Origin: Dicyema japonicum
Lineage: Eukaryota > Animalia > Dicyemida
Direction: 5' to 3'
Length of the DNA: 64,000 nt
NCBI GenBank assembly: GCA_011109175.1
Contig: RDEW01000012.1
Span: 330,762 to 394,761, forward strand
Shown: positions 38,040 through 50,189 of the stretch, in pieces
How positions within the stretch are numbered: position 1 is the stretch's first letter
Layout: every line of letters starts with the position of its first letter
Made by a program: the position numbers and the translations under genes
Notes under the pieces: model-generated
What the model was told of the DNA's origin: nothing
Databases searched by the model: none
Seen by the model: only the letters and a program-made list of their open reading frames with translations

Positions 38040-38720
38040 TTTTTCTGATTATGTTACCCCCACTTCAAAATTTTTTTTATAAAACACGAAAATATCTGGT
38101 TTGTTGTGTTTGAATATTGAATCAGTTTTAATGAAAGTGTCCACTCTTATTTCGATATTCTCATTTATAATCGCAGTACTGAGTGAGTCTTTAGCTTCCT
38201 TTCATTCCTTAAACCAAACTCTCGACAAAAATAGAAATGTAGACATCTCACAATTTCATTGTGTCTTCTTACGTAGTCACCACTGAGGATTTTCTCACAT
38301 CTAGCGGCACAATGATCGACAATCTCCTTCCAATTCTTGCAGAACCCACAGATTGCATTACGTTCTGCAAAAAACAAATTTCTGACCTGAATTAGAGAAT
38401 ATAAAGTTTTGAAACGTGGAATGTGAGAAGAGTTCGTAATATTCACGTATCTCAGAGTCAAACCTTTGCATAAGACAGAGCGGACTCTTACTTGTTTGAT
38501 TTAAGAGTATCTTGAGTTTTAGTTTACTTAGCGTCTTAATATCTGAGAGTTCATATTTATTGACTTAAAAGATTTTCCAATTCTTCCGTTAAAGTGAATG
38601 GTTGTTCTTTTTCTTGACTATTAATAATATCCAAAAAATAGACATTGCAAAACTCACGTCTTCTTTGCTGGATCGTCAATTTCATTCAAAGTTTGTTATA
38701 AGTGAAAAGCCGACTGATTT
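38040..38720 (-). mobile_element. R4/Dong-like RLE retrotransposon C-terminal fragment
   Basis: CGFC....EIVDH....C......YVRRHNEIV..H, followed by HNKPDIFV and EVG. Confidence 0.8.
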
Positions 38721-39174
38721 TATGAAACTAGGTTAAATTAGGACACAGAGAAATCGAGAAACAGCAGATCACTTTGGAAAGGCTGAAGAATGTGGGGTTG
38801 TTGCCGTCTCGGAAAGAAAGGGGGAGATTCCAAGAACGGGGAACATAAGGAGATTTGAGAAGGCGATAAAAAACATATAGGTAGGTTGTGCTGTGCATCA
38901 GCGGAGGGTGGCTAAAATGAGCGACCAAACTTGAAGATGTTCTGATTTTAACTTCTATAGATTTTGATCTGAAGACTGTGCAATCTGTTGGAATGATTGA
39001 GATGATGGAGGAAAACTTGACACATTCATCATAACGGTGATGAGCTGTTAATTTTTGGATAAAAAAACTCATGAATGCGAGAAACAGAGTGTTATGATCT
39101 TTCTAGAGAATTTAAGTTGATTCAACAGAAAAGGTGAGGATTGTAATCACGTGGGATGCTTCATTGACTTAATA

Positions 39175-40640
39175 CTATTATTATTATTACCCCCAGGATC
39201 ACTGGGCAAAGAGAAGAAATAAAAGTTATCATCTAACTAAGTGATCCCAGACCGACAAAGGTGAGGACGAGTCCGGCGGGTCGAGAATCCTGGACAGCTC
39301 TTCTCATTGGACATGGCATCGGCTCAAAATTTTTGTATGATTGTAGATAATTCGATAGTATTTGGAATAGAGGGCAGCTCGGTAGAACAGCCTCCTTTAA
39401 TAGTTTCCGTTGTTGTTCGATTAAAAAGTTTTCAATGGGTTGGATATTGTGATCTGGTCCAATTAACTTTATTGCAGTCTCCTCGATTGCAGATAATTTC
39501 AATGAGGAATCGTGACATTTGCATTGCCCATGAAGGACTTGCATACGTCATTGTTGGTCGAATAAATTGTTTGTAAATCGTGGCAAGGACACCAGTTTGA
39601 TCTCTAAGTGTTTTTGAGAGAACTTTTAAAATTCTCATTTTTTTCAGAGCAGAAGTTACTTTGTTTTCAACATGCCGGATAAAGGTGAGTCCCTGATCTA
39701 AGGTTACTCCCAGAATCTTCGGTGTTTTGTTAATAGAGATAGCTTCGTTCTTCATAAGGACTTTTGGTTCGATACAGAGCTGTCTCTTGTAGGTGGTAAA
39801 CAGTTTGGCAAAGGACTTTGCTGCTGATGTGTCGAGTCTCCGCTTTGAGAGCCATAGTTCCAAGTTGTCGAGCATTTGTTGAGCCAACTGAGTCGCTGAT
39901 TGAATGCTTCTGTTCTTGGAGGCAAGAATGATATCGTCGGCATAGGAGAGGATTAGACTGTTTTCATTACAAGTTTGTGGCATGTCGTTTATGTAGAGAT
40001 TGAAGAGTTGGGGTGATAGTGGGGAAGCCTTGAGGGACTCCGTTTGGGAAATAGCGAGATCTTGATTTGATGTTGTTGCAGAGTACTTGTGCTCGTCTTC
40101 CATTTAGGAAGTTTCCAAGCCAAAGTTTCAGGTTCGGATGGATGTTGGTTTCGTATATTTTCTTTGTTAGGAGTTTCCTGGGACTGAGTCGAACGCTTTT
40201 GTGATGTCCACGGATATAAGTACTGTCCTCTGATGGGGTTTGGGGGAGTTAAATCCTTCCGCAATGAATTGTGTGAGGGTTGTAAGGTGTGTTGTTGTCG
40301 AACGGTTGTCCCGGAATCCGTGCTGGGTCGGAGGCATTGAGATTGAGTCTTGTATTTTTTCCAAAACAAGCCTTTCAAGGATCCTTGAAACCGGACTTAG
40401 AATAGATAGTCTCGGGGGGGGGGGGGGTTTGTAGAGAGCTTTCGATAGTCTCGTCCATCTATTTTGCATTTTCTGTCTTTATGTTGTTGTCGATCTCTCT
40501 GTTCAATTCTCGTATTTTCCTGATGTTCTCTTCTGTTGGCGATTTTACCATCTTTAAATTATTTCGTTCTCTGATCAGATGTTTCGTCGTTGAGTTGAAA
40601 CGTTTTGATGACGTTGGTTGTCTCCCCATAGAAATGTCCT
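39175..40640 (-). mobile_element. Vingi-like LINE 3' half
   Basis: QHGFR..RST, VDITKAFD, YADD, LGVTLD. Tail cccagtgatcctggggg(taa)n. Confidence 0.9.
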
Positions 40641-40899
40641 AAGTCGTTGAATATCAGCAAAAGAACCAGTAGATAGAGGAACCATATTGACAAATTTAGA
40701 AACTAATGCGAGGTTTGAAGACGATCAATAAGTAAGTCATTTCCAAGAGAAACAATTCAGCATTTTTTGCAACTTCCACAGACAGACAAATCCATTTAAC
40801 TAATATTCGAATAAATTTGTTTATTTTTTAAATTTGTCATTTCAAAAAATCATATTTATTTGTAATATTTTAAGAAACGCATTATGTAACAAATGTTAA

Positions 40900-42200
40900 A
40901 TATTTAATGGCCGCGAAGTCTATTGCATTCTATGCCACGTGGCGCCAAAGTTATTATGGTGCTATGTGACTACATGAATTGAGGATTATTTGTTTGATTC
41001 TTCTGTTCCTCAGATTCTTTTTGGCTCCAGGGAGCTTGAATTGCTAGCGTTTATCATGTGGTTTACCATCTCTGGTGGCGCCAGATATAATCTTGTATCT
41101 AAAAAGAACCATTAGTCAACAACCATTCAGAGGAGTTCCCCTTGGACGGCACTTCCTTCAAGTCCAAGCATGCGAATATTCGAGGCAGTTAGTTTCTTCG
41201 GGTTTTCGAATTGGACAGAGATGTATTTGTTAATTGGGCGATTAGAGACCCTTGCCTGATCACTAAGATTCTTTAGGGAGATCATTGGACCCCTTAGAGA
41301 AGGTTGCCTTTTCAATGCATCCGTAATGTTGCTTTCCAAACTTACTGTGGATTTATTCAGACTCAATGACAAAATCACATGCATCCATTTTGATCTCTGA
41401 GCTTTGAACTCCCTGGGTATTCATTTCCTAGAACTCTCAGTTGGAACTTACTTTCCGTAGTCGACCGGATAGCATTTTGAGTCGATTTTTAACAACGTCC
41501 ATCAGTCATATCCCCATGGGGTAGTTAAGGTGATGTTTAGGCACGAATAGTGATCTTGTCTCTATTGCATAGCGGACCCGATTTGACAGGATCTCTAACA
41601 AGTCGAATGTGGGGTCAATTGGTAGTTCTAAATTAGATATTGCAAACTCGGTTGTGAACTTTGCATATTTTCCTTTCAACCCAGTGATCCTGGGGTAATT
41701 ATCAGTTAAAGGGCAGTTTAAAAGTCGATAAATTTTCAGCTGAATTGACAGTTCTTACATGTTTGTAGGACTGCGAAAGGGAGACACTAGAATGACATGA
41801 TGACTCTTCCAGAACATTGGGCTCTCGATCATAAAGGGTAACTAAGTGCTCAATCCTTGAGTACTTTGCATAAGCTTTCATTGTGATCATTCCTAATTTC
41901 TTATGACGTAAGCACTTATCGATCATAACTGGGGGAATCATGCGTAGTTCTTTAAAAGAATTCCCATGAGTATCATCAATTAAAGTTTAATGCCCATTCT
42001 TTTCTAATAAGCCGAATTTTCAACAGACTTTGCTGTAAGTCTTGCCATCTCCCCATTTACTGTTATCATTTCTAAATAACTATAACATCCGACATGACGT
42101 AGGAATAACCTAGTTGCACTCATAATTGTTGGAATATAATACTCAATCTTATTGAGGATTACATATCATCCAGTAAGCTGATTTATCTCTAAGATAATAC
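40900..42200 (-). other. Putative endogenous viral element: Mononegavirales L (end of capping domain, connector, start of MTase)
   Basis: Colinear fragments SIIFQQL (about 42130), EILSN...FVP...YP (about 41580-41520), NIRMLGLEGSA (about 41170) and RLYLA. There are no introns and multiple stops. Confidence 0.5.
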
Positions 42201-42589
42201 TGAGAAAGTCAATATGTGAAAACAGAATCGGAAATTATATCGAACAATTTTAAATCAAATTTATTTGAATTAACCAACAATAGGAGTTGTAGATTGAGCA
42301 TCGTGAAATGGTACCTACTTGAGTGAATTTTTGATTCACAGTGTAGGTGGTCAGTTGGTGTGGTTTTTAGACAGTCAGTAATTTTCATGTGGGTAACCCG
42401 CTTGTGGAAAAAACTGCCTACATATGGAGCGAACAGACCAAACTTATTTCTCTTACCTACAAATAGTTTGTGGCTACGGACGAGCACTAAGCCACCGTTC
42501 CTAGATTTCTTTAATCAATCTTGTTTTAAACATTATTATTATCTGCACTTATCGCTATGTCATAGGACTTGACAAAGCATGTGCAACAC

Positions 42590-44545
42590 GAGTTAGCTAA
42601 TCACTATTTACTTTTATCCACTTCCTATTCGAAGCCGCAGTGCGTAACCATCAAGACCCTCTCCACTTCCAAGATGCCGTCCCATTTCCTTGAGGTCCTA
42701 GTCGAGAACGACTGGCAGTGTCGTCCTTGGCCGACCACGGAAACGGGGGCTTCTAACATGAAATAATTCTACATGGCTACGTTTGTGGGGGGCGAAAAAC
42801 CTCCATCGTGTATCCAGAATTTCATTTGAAATTTCAGAGGTCCTCATCTTTTTATAAAGAAGATTAGATGACATCATCGTATCACTTCTTTCGAACATCA
42901 TATGCCGTAGTTGGCCTCTATGAAACGCATTAAGCCTCTTCAGTTCATTTCTTGAGCAGGCCCAGGTACCAGCGTTATATAGTAGTATGTGTTTCACTAG
43001 TTGTATAATCGAGTTTTTGTTATGTCAAGGCCCTTTATGTGGAGCCAGGTGTTCTTCAGTCTGGAGAGGGCAGTTTGTGCTAAGGTTTTCCTTAATGTCC
43101 TCATGGTCTCCAAGAAGGGAGCCAAGCTTTTTGCATTTGCGACAGTGCTTCTCCGCCCTTGTTTCTTCTTCTCTTGAGTTCAGTTACCTCAGTCTTGTCT
43201 GGATTTACTGTTAGGAACCATTCAGCTAGTCTTCCAGGTACTTTTTCCATCAAGCGGGTGAGCAGTATTTTGTCGTTTGAAATAAAGTCTACGTCGTCAG
43301 CATACGCAATAATGTTTGTCTTTTCACCCATTATCGGTTTTGATTCCCGTAGACCAGCTTCAAGGTATATAACAAAAAGAATAGGTGGGTCCCACCGTGG
43401 AGTGCCAACAGTCGTCTCAAATTGGCGAGACAAAGCTCCCCTGACTCTTACAGTGAGCCAAGTATCAGCTAGGAGGGTGGTGGCCATTCTGACAGTAGAA
43501 GCGTCTAGGAAACTCTCCAGAACCAGTATTAGTCTCCGTTTGTCGACAGAGTCGAAGGCCTTTGAAATGTCGATTCCAAGGATGGTTGTAGACATTTTGA
43601 ACTTTTGAACGGCCGCGGATCTCCACTTGTGGGACCACAAAACATCGGAAGTAGATCTTGCTTTTCAGAATCCACTGTGGTATAGCGACAGAAAAGTATC
43701 TAAGCGTCCTTCTATTTTTTGTAATGTTATGTTCGCCAGAATTTTCCCAAGTGAATTCATTAATATGACTGGACGGAGGTTCTCACCTTCGCTCTTGGTT
43801 TATTCGCCTTCTGTACAAGTGTCAATTTGAAGAATTCTTCACCAAGTCCTTCGGGGCCAGGAATCCTGTTGTTTTTCAATTTGGAACTCACAAGTTCAAC
43901 TTCATATGGTGTAATTTCTTGTCCAATTTTCTTCGTTCTATGATGATAGTGCCTTGGATTGAAAAGTTTTCCAAAGTGGGCAGCGATAATTTCCGCCACT
44001 TCCCTTTGGTTCACAATCTGCCTTTCTTTGTCATCTCTTATCGTTTAACGTAGTCTCCTTTTATCTGTTTAACAGCCTTGTAGAATTTAGCGTTGTCCTT
44101 GAGAGATTCTATCTTCTTAATTTGGTCCAGTGCTCTATTTCTGTTATGCTGACGTATTTTTCTTATTTTTGCTTTGATAGTTTTTCTTTCTAGCCGCAAT
44201 TTTGACTATACGTTCGAATCGTCTGTATTTTGATATAGCATCCATGTGGTCTACTTATTGGCTAGGTCCTTCACCCTGTACATGTCATTGTGCGATGAGA
44301 TTTTCTCATGTTCTTTCAATAGATGCAGGGTGGCTCCTTTGTGTACTGACTGCTTTACAAAATCCCAGGATTTTCTTGGCGGCAAATCTGTAGGCATGTT
44401 TTCTAGTTCTGCATCCAAATATTCTTTGAATGCTAGGGCCCCTTCTGATTGACTGATTAAGAATTCCAAATTATAACGTCTAGAGTTGGGTTCTGTGGTT
44501 CCATTGTGTTTCCACTTCGTTCTTTGTAGTATCAATTTAATCATT
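42590..44545 (-). mobile_element. RTE-like LINE (RT)
   Basis: WSHKW, IDISKAFDSV, YADDVD, LLYNAGTW, FRGRPR. Confidence 0.9.
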
Positions 44546-45445
44546 TATTTATTAACCCCGGGATCACCGAGAAAGAGAGACAAAAGTAAAGTTAACTAGT
44601 TAGGTGTCCCAGTACCCGCAACCAAACGTGCCATCCGAAGCCTGTGCGTCTCCATTGATCCCAATGTCGAACGGAATTGCCTTCTTTGATCATTGGAGAG
44701 GAAGCCGATTGGGGAAGGAAATTTCTTAGCCAACCGATTTTTTTTGCGTGGAACAGTGAGAGGCTTAGTGGGTGCCCATCTTCCTCGCAAATGCGGAGAA
44801 ATCCGGAACCACATCTACGAGTTGTAGATTCCGTTAGTAGTGGAGGTATTTCTGTTCCATAATTGTAGTCCCAGCATACGTATTGTTTTCCTTTGCAGTA
44901 AGTTTAGTTTTTGGATGGTGGCCTCTGATAACGCGAATCTCCACACAGCAGATGCATATTCCACGGTTGTCTGGCGGTATATGATTCCGATTGCTTTATT
45001 CATATTCGCTGGTATCTTCTGAATAAAGGCTCGTGTGAAATTCAATTTATGTAGTCCTTTGGTGAAGACTTGTTTGGCATGGTAGGTGAAATTAAGCAGC
45101 CTGTCGTATGTCACTCCCAGGATTGAGGGGTTCCTTTTGCAGGTATCCGAGTATGTCCGATTAAGATTTCTAGTTCTTTTTTAGACCGCCGGTCGGAGGT
45201 GAATAGAGTGCATGTTAATTTTGGAGCGGATACCGAGAGACGGTTAGCTATCAACCAATCGTGGATACAATCCACTTTCTTCTGTGCGATTAAGACTGCT
45301 TCTGGTGTCGAACTGCTTCTTGCTGCAATAATGATATCGTCAGTATAAGAAATCAGTAGTAAGTTCTTGTCAATGTCTGCTGGCAGATCGTGGAGAAAAA
45401 GGTTGAATAGAGTGGGGGACATAGAAGAACCTTGGGGCATTCCAT
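44545..45445 (-). mobile_element. Vingi-like LINE 3' fragment
   Basis: PQGS..SP.LFN, Y.DD, KKFPSPIGFL; the tail is homologous to 32900-32960. Confidence 0.9.
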
Positions 45446-45534
45446 TTTAATCAATTATTTATAAATAATCATTAATCTTAGCTTTTATAAAATTTATGAT
45501 TTATAATTATTATTATTTAGAAAATAGTTTTAAA

Positions 45535-46587
45535 TGCTCTAAGGAAAGAGACCGTCTTGGGCCAAAGACTCCGCTCGTCTCGACGACCACTGGCTGTATA
45601 TGAAAACGGTTTATGAGGCTGCTGTATTTCTTTATCTTCGAGTTTTCATATAAACGGGCAGCCTCTCCCGCTTTCATTGCCGACCTCAAAAGTTTCGACT
45701 GGGAAAAGCTGTCAGTACAGGCAGCATCCCAAATTAAGCATTTGCCCGAGAGAAGGGGAAGACAGTAATTCCATCGGGTCGCTTCCCATCATCCCTACTC
45801 AAGCCCGTTGGCTCTAGAATGGATGGGTATCCCGCCAACTCGAGGGCGCGCTTCACCACTTCATTTATAGCCTTGTGTCTAGCGAATCGACCTGCGCTTT
45901 TTCGACAAGAAAGGGCATGATGTCCATAGCAGTCGACCTTCCGTCCGCATCGGCACTCATGGGTTGACAAACTTTCAATCCAAGTCTGATGGAGACTCCG
46001 GTGCGGACCGTTTCATCGTCTAGGTGAGTTCCCACGTTTCCAATTGGTAGGGCATTGATCCAAGCCCCGCTCCACTCGCATCTTGCAGTTAAAAGACAGG
46101 CTCGTCGGTGTTGGTTAGATATTTTCAAAAGCCTCTAGTATTTATCCTCGCAAACAGACTCATAAAGGTCTCTCTGCCCGAGTTGTTTGACTTTAGGGTG
46201 TACCAAATCTTCGATCTTTGACGACTCTGATGGGAGCTGGAGAAATCATCATGATCAAATTCTGATTGGAGTCCATGAGGATTGATATGCCGGGTGTGCC
46301 AAATCAGATGGTGAGAGAATTCCGAGTCCACCAAAGCGAACGGGCAAGGTTGCTTGTTCCCATCCTTGTTCGTCGAATTCGACATTAGTAATACGTTCGG
46401 TTGTAGACCGGAATAGGGAGACGTCTCTTTCCTTAGAGCACTTGGGTGTCTATTGACCAAAGCCTCGAGGGAGCGTCGGGAAACCGAGTGGCTTTTCCAA
46501 AGGATATCCCTGGCAGTAGTCAGAGGTAACAGCCACTCGATCATATCCGCTGGACTTTAGAACGATTTTATTGTTATAAATAAATTT
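45535..46587. mobile_element. CRE-like element, short copy with 5' inversion
   Basis: 45535-46420 (-) and 46421-46587 (+) are both near-identical to parts of the 13588-16640 element. About 22 bp is duplicated across the inversion. Confidence 0.92.
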
Positions 46588-46632
46588 TAAATTTTGTATT
46601 TAAACTAAATTAATAATCAATACTAATTATTA

Positions 46633-48309
46633 ATGGGTGATTATAATCAAAATAAACCGCATGAAAATACTAGGTATGGATTCCAATCGTTTGAAGGACA
46701 AAGAAATCATACAAATAAACCTTGTGGGCAACAACATCCCTATCAAGATCATGGTTCTCCACAACAACAATTCCAAAATTTTCCTTATTATCAACAATAT
46801 CAGCAACATGGATATCCGCAGAACCAACAAGGATTAACGCAAACCAGGCACTCTACCACCGCAGGATATTCACAAGAATTTACGCAACCAGGCACACTCT
46901 ACCACCGCAGGGATATTCACAAGGATTTACGCAACCAGGCACTCTACCACCGCAGGGATATTCACAAGAATTTACGCAACCAGGCAATCTACCACCGCAG
47001 GGATATTCACAAGGATTTGTGCAACCAGGAAATCTACCACCGCATGGATATTCACAAGGATTTATGCAACCATGCAATCTACCACCGAAGGGATATTCAT
47101 CACAGCGATATCAGCAACAGAACTTACAAGTAGCCAACCTTTATATTATCTCAGGGTCAAAAATCTGGATATTTTTACGGACCAACTGTTTTTTCCTTGT
47201 AAACATTTTTCGGCGAAGCAGATGCAAGACAACTACATAAAGCAATGAAGGGGTTTAGGTAAATCAGGTTGAACCTATTTATAGGGACTGATTACGAAAC
47301 AATAGTGGAAATAACTGGTAATAGAAATAACGATCAGAGAATTGAAATTAGGGCAAAATTCAAAAGTATGTTTGGAAAGGTTTACTTTTTTCTAAAGTTA
47401 GGATTTATTAAAAAAAATTAAAGATGAGTTGTCTGGGAGTTTAGAATATCTTGTTGTGAGTTGTTATCAAAGCCCAATAGAACTGGCGTTATCGACAATA
47501 TTGTGGGCTACTAAAGTGAATTTATTTATCATGGAAGGGCGCGGGGACAAATGAGCAAATGCTGAATCTTGTCATTGCTACTCTCAGTCCATCAGAAATG
47601 GATTAAGTGAAGGATTTGTGCAGGAAAAGTAATATATAATAGACAATGCTAGAACATAATAAGTCTTTGGAGAGTTTTGTCAGTGGGGATACTTCATTTC
47701 AGCACAAGAAACTATTATTAAGTCTTATTAGTGTTGTATCGCTGCTTATAGTAGGGGTTTCGTGATACTGGGAACACAGTAGACATGAGTTTGGCCAAAG
47801 CAGATGCTAATGAACTTTATAAGGCAGGTCAGGCCAGATGGGGGACGGATGAGTGTGTTTTCCATAAAATATTGACTTCACGTAATTATAATCAATTACG
47901 TCAAACATTCATGGAATATTCTAGAGTATAATCTCATTAAATGTAGATTTGGAAATTCTATTAATTGTGCTATAAACAGTGAAATGTCGGGAGATGGGGC
48001 GGCTGCCTTTCAAATGCTAAGTTAACACATTATATATTCTTAGTTGAGTATATTAATTATCCTATTGCATTTTATGCTGATCAATTCATGATATCAATGA
48101 AGGGGTTAGGCACTCATGATCACTTACTGTGCTACTTGATTGTTTCCAGGTCTGAGGTAATTTGTTTATTAACATCACAGATAGACTTACAAAAAATTTA
48201 TGATCTTTATTTGGAAGTGTACAAGAAGCCTCTAAAAAAGGATATTAAAAATGATACTTCTGGGAAATACGAGCGTCTATTATTACTTCTTATTGGGAAT
48301 AAATATTAA
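46633..48309 (+). CDS. Annexin with long Gln/Gly/Pro/Tyr N-terminus (A7/A11-like); indels and one in-frame TAA in this sequence
   Basis: Four annexin repeats (KAMKG.GTD, GAGTNE, ARWGTDE, SMKGLGTHD...DIKNDTSGKYERLLL) split by about nine 21-26 nt introns. In-frame TAA at 47604-47606. Confidence 0.9.
46838..47100 (+). repeat. Coding minisatellite, 45-bp unit, about 6 copies
   Basis: Unit caaccaggcactctaccaccgcagggatattcacaaggatttacg encodes QPGTLPPQGYSQGFT. Confidence 0.95.
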
Positions 48310-48339
48310 CTAACATTATTCGGTTATTATTAGTCACTA

Positions 48340-49600
48340 TTTGGATAAGCAGTTTCCCGCGTACAGTATTCACACTACCTTAGTTTGTTAAAATACATTG
48401 TCTTTCTTGGGCTTGTTTGCGGGAAATGAAAGACAAACGATTTGGGGAATATTACAATTAACGACATGAAACATTAACTATCACCCCTAGGATTTGATAG
48501 ATTGTACTCCATGTTCTTGGGTTGGATTGGTGTTTTTGCTGTTTCAAGATTTCATCACCTCGTCCATTCACAAGTTGGAGACTTTTAGCTGTGTTCCTTT
48601 TCCTCAGTTAGTGCTTCGTCGTTTCTCTAAACGAATGACCTTCAAACTTTTGTGGTTGTTCAAATCCGATTAAAGGCAAAGAATACTCGAATCCAATTTA
48701 CTCTATTGGCTTTTTGTAGGTTGAGTTGTTCTAAGACAATTTTTCTTAGTCGAAGGAATCTTGTCACTACTGGCGAGTTAGAGTGACGTTTCATCACGGA
48801 AATCAACCTTGCTTCCAAGATAGTACAGTAGATAAGACAACTACTCTGTAAAGGGAGATACGCCCACCCATGTAAAGATTTCGCATGGTAAAGTCCAGTT
48901 ACCGAGATTGTAGTTAAAGTGGCATGAAATCTTTTTTTCAGTATAGGTTTCTCTCTTAATCTTTAAAAGAATTGGAATATGGTTACTTCTTGAGTTTTAA
49001 TTTAGACCAATTTCGGTTTCCAATTAACACAGGAGAGAAAGGAGTCCTAATTTCTTTCCTCTTGTTCCATTGAGGTTATGGTGGACAAAAGTGATCGATT
49101 TCATGTTATGAGCCGAGGTATTCGTTCGGAAATCCGTGATGAACCCAGAGTATGTTCAAAAGTGAGAATGTTACCCTAAGGAAAATGTTTCACCACGGTA
49201 AAACCAAACTAACTATCACGTGATCCAGATGCCCTCCGCCAAAATCATCATTCTTTCCCGGTGCTCCTTCCTCGTACCTACACAAGCTCGTACTGGACGG
49301 CTGACTGTATTTGCAGGGCCACCTTCCCGCATGCCGGAGTTTAGTTTTATGAGGGCCTCCAGAGTAGTCGGTCCGGTTCTGTGTCTCCCACAAGTCCACC
49401 GCTCCGTGACTCTGAAAGCCTTCTTTTGTACGTCCTCGATTTTCTTATTATTCGTCCATGATAATGAATGTCCCCACGAATCACACGCGTACGAGATGGC
49501 CTACATGTGGTATTCGTCTGTCTTTTACAGAAATTGAAACTCCATTAACTCAGCAATGTTTAAATCTTTTTTCAATGAGCTTACGATTTCTCGTAAACGT
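48340..49600 (-). mobile_element. Highly degenerate Vingi-like LINE fragments
   Basis: AISYAC.SW...HRERM...IWIT* resembles the Vingi C-terminus. HHNLNG.R.K resembles the APE N-terminus. Confidence 0.6.
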
Positions 49601-50189
49601 TGTTAGCTCACAATTGTTTTGTAAATAAGTTTTTTCAGATTTTATCCATTCAAACAGTTTTTTTTCAATTTCAGGAAAAAAACGCTTTTCTTCCAAAAGT
49701 TCTTAATTACGAGAAACTTTGTTTTGGTGAATTTGAAAAATTTTTATTATTTTTAAGACAGCTTTGTTGACACTTTTTGTCTATATCGAGTTGTATAGAT
49801 ACTTTTGCAATGTTTCCACTGCATTCTGACAATTTTTGATGCGAAAGTTTTTTTTTGATTGTATAAGACTTCCTTCTTTGCCAATCAACAGTTTGTAACT
49901 TAGAGGTTTGTTCACGTGATATGTACATTTTAAATTAAAATTATTCCAAAGATCAAGGGTAACCAAACTAACTCCTAGCACCATTAAATAACTTAAATTA
50001 ATTTATAAAATTTAATTCAAAAAGATTTTCGGAAAACCCCTTATCGATGATGAAAAACTCGAATAATAATAATGGAAACGTTTCAGTTGTGCTTATTGTT
50101 ACAAATAAAACCCTTGGAAGAATCAAGATTGCAAATATAATTCTGGCTTGGAATCTGCGGCTTTGGTCAGATTGACCCGACGGTTTACA

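Noticed and set aside
38728-39160. Host gene fragment with micro-introns (CAICW, RING-like)
   Set aside because: Two plausible 21-22 nt introns exist, but I could not assemble a stop-free frame or a complete motif.
47604-47606. TAA reassignment (alternative nuclear genetic code)
   Set aside because: TAA terminates the annexin, NDUFB1-like and probably tll genes, and this locus has other lesions.
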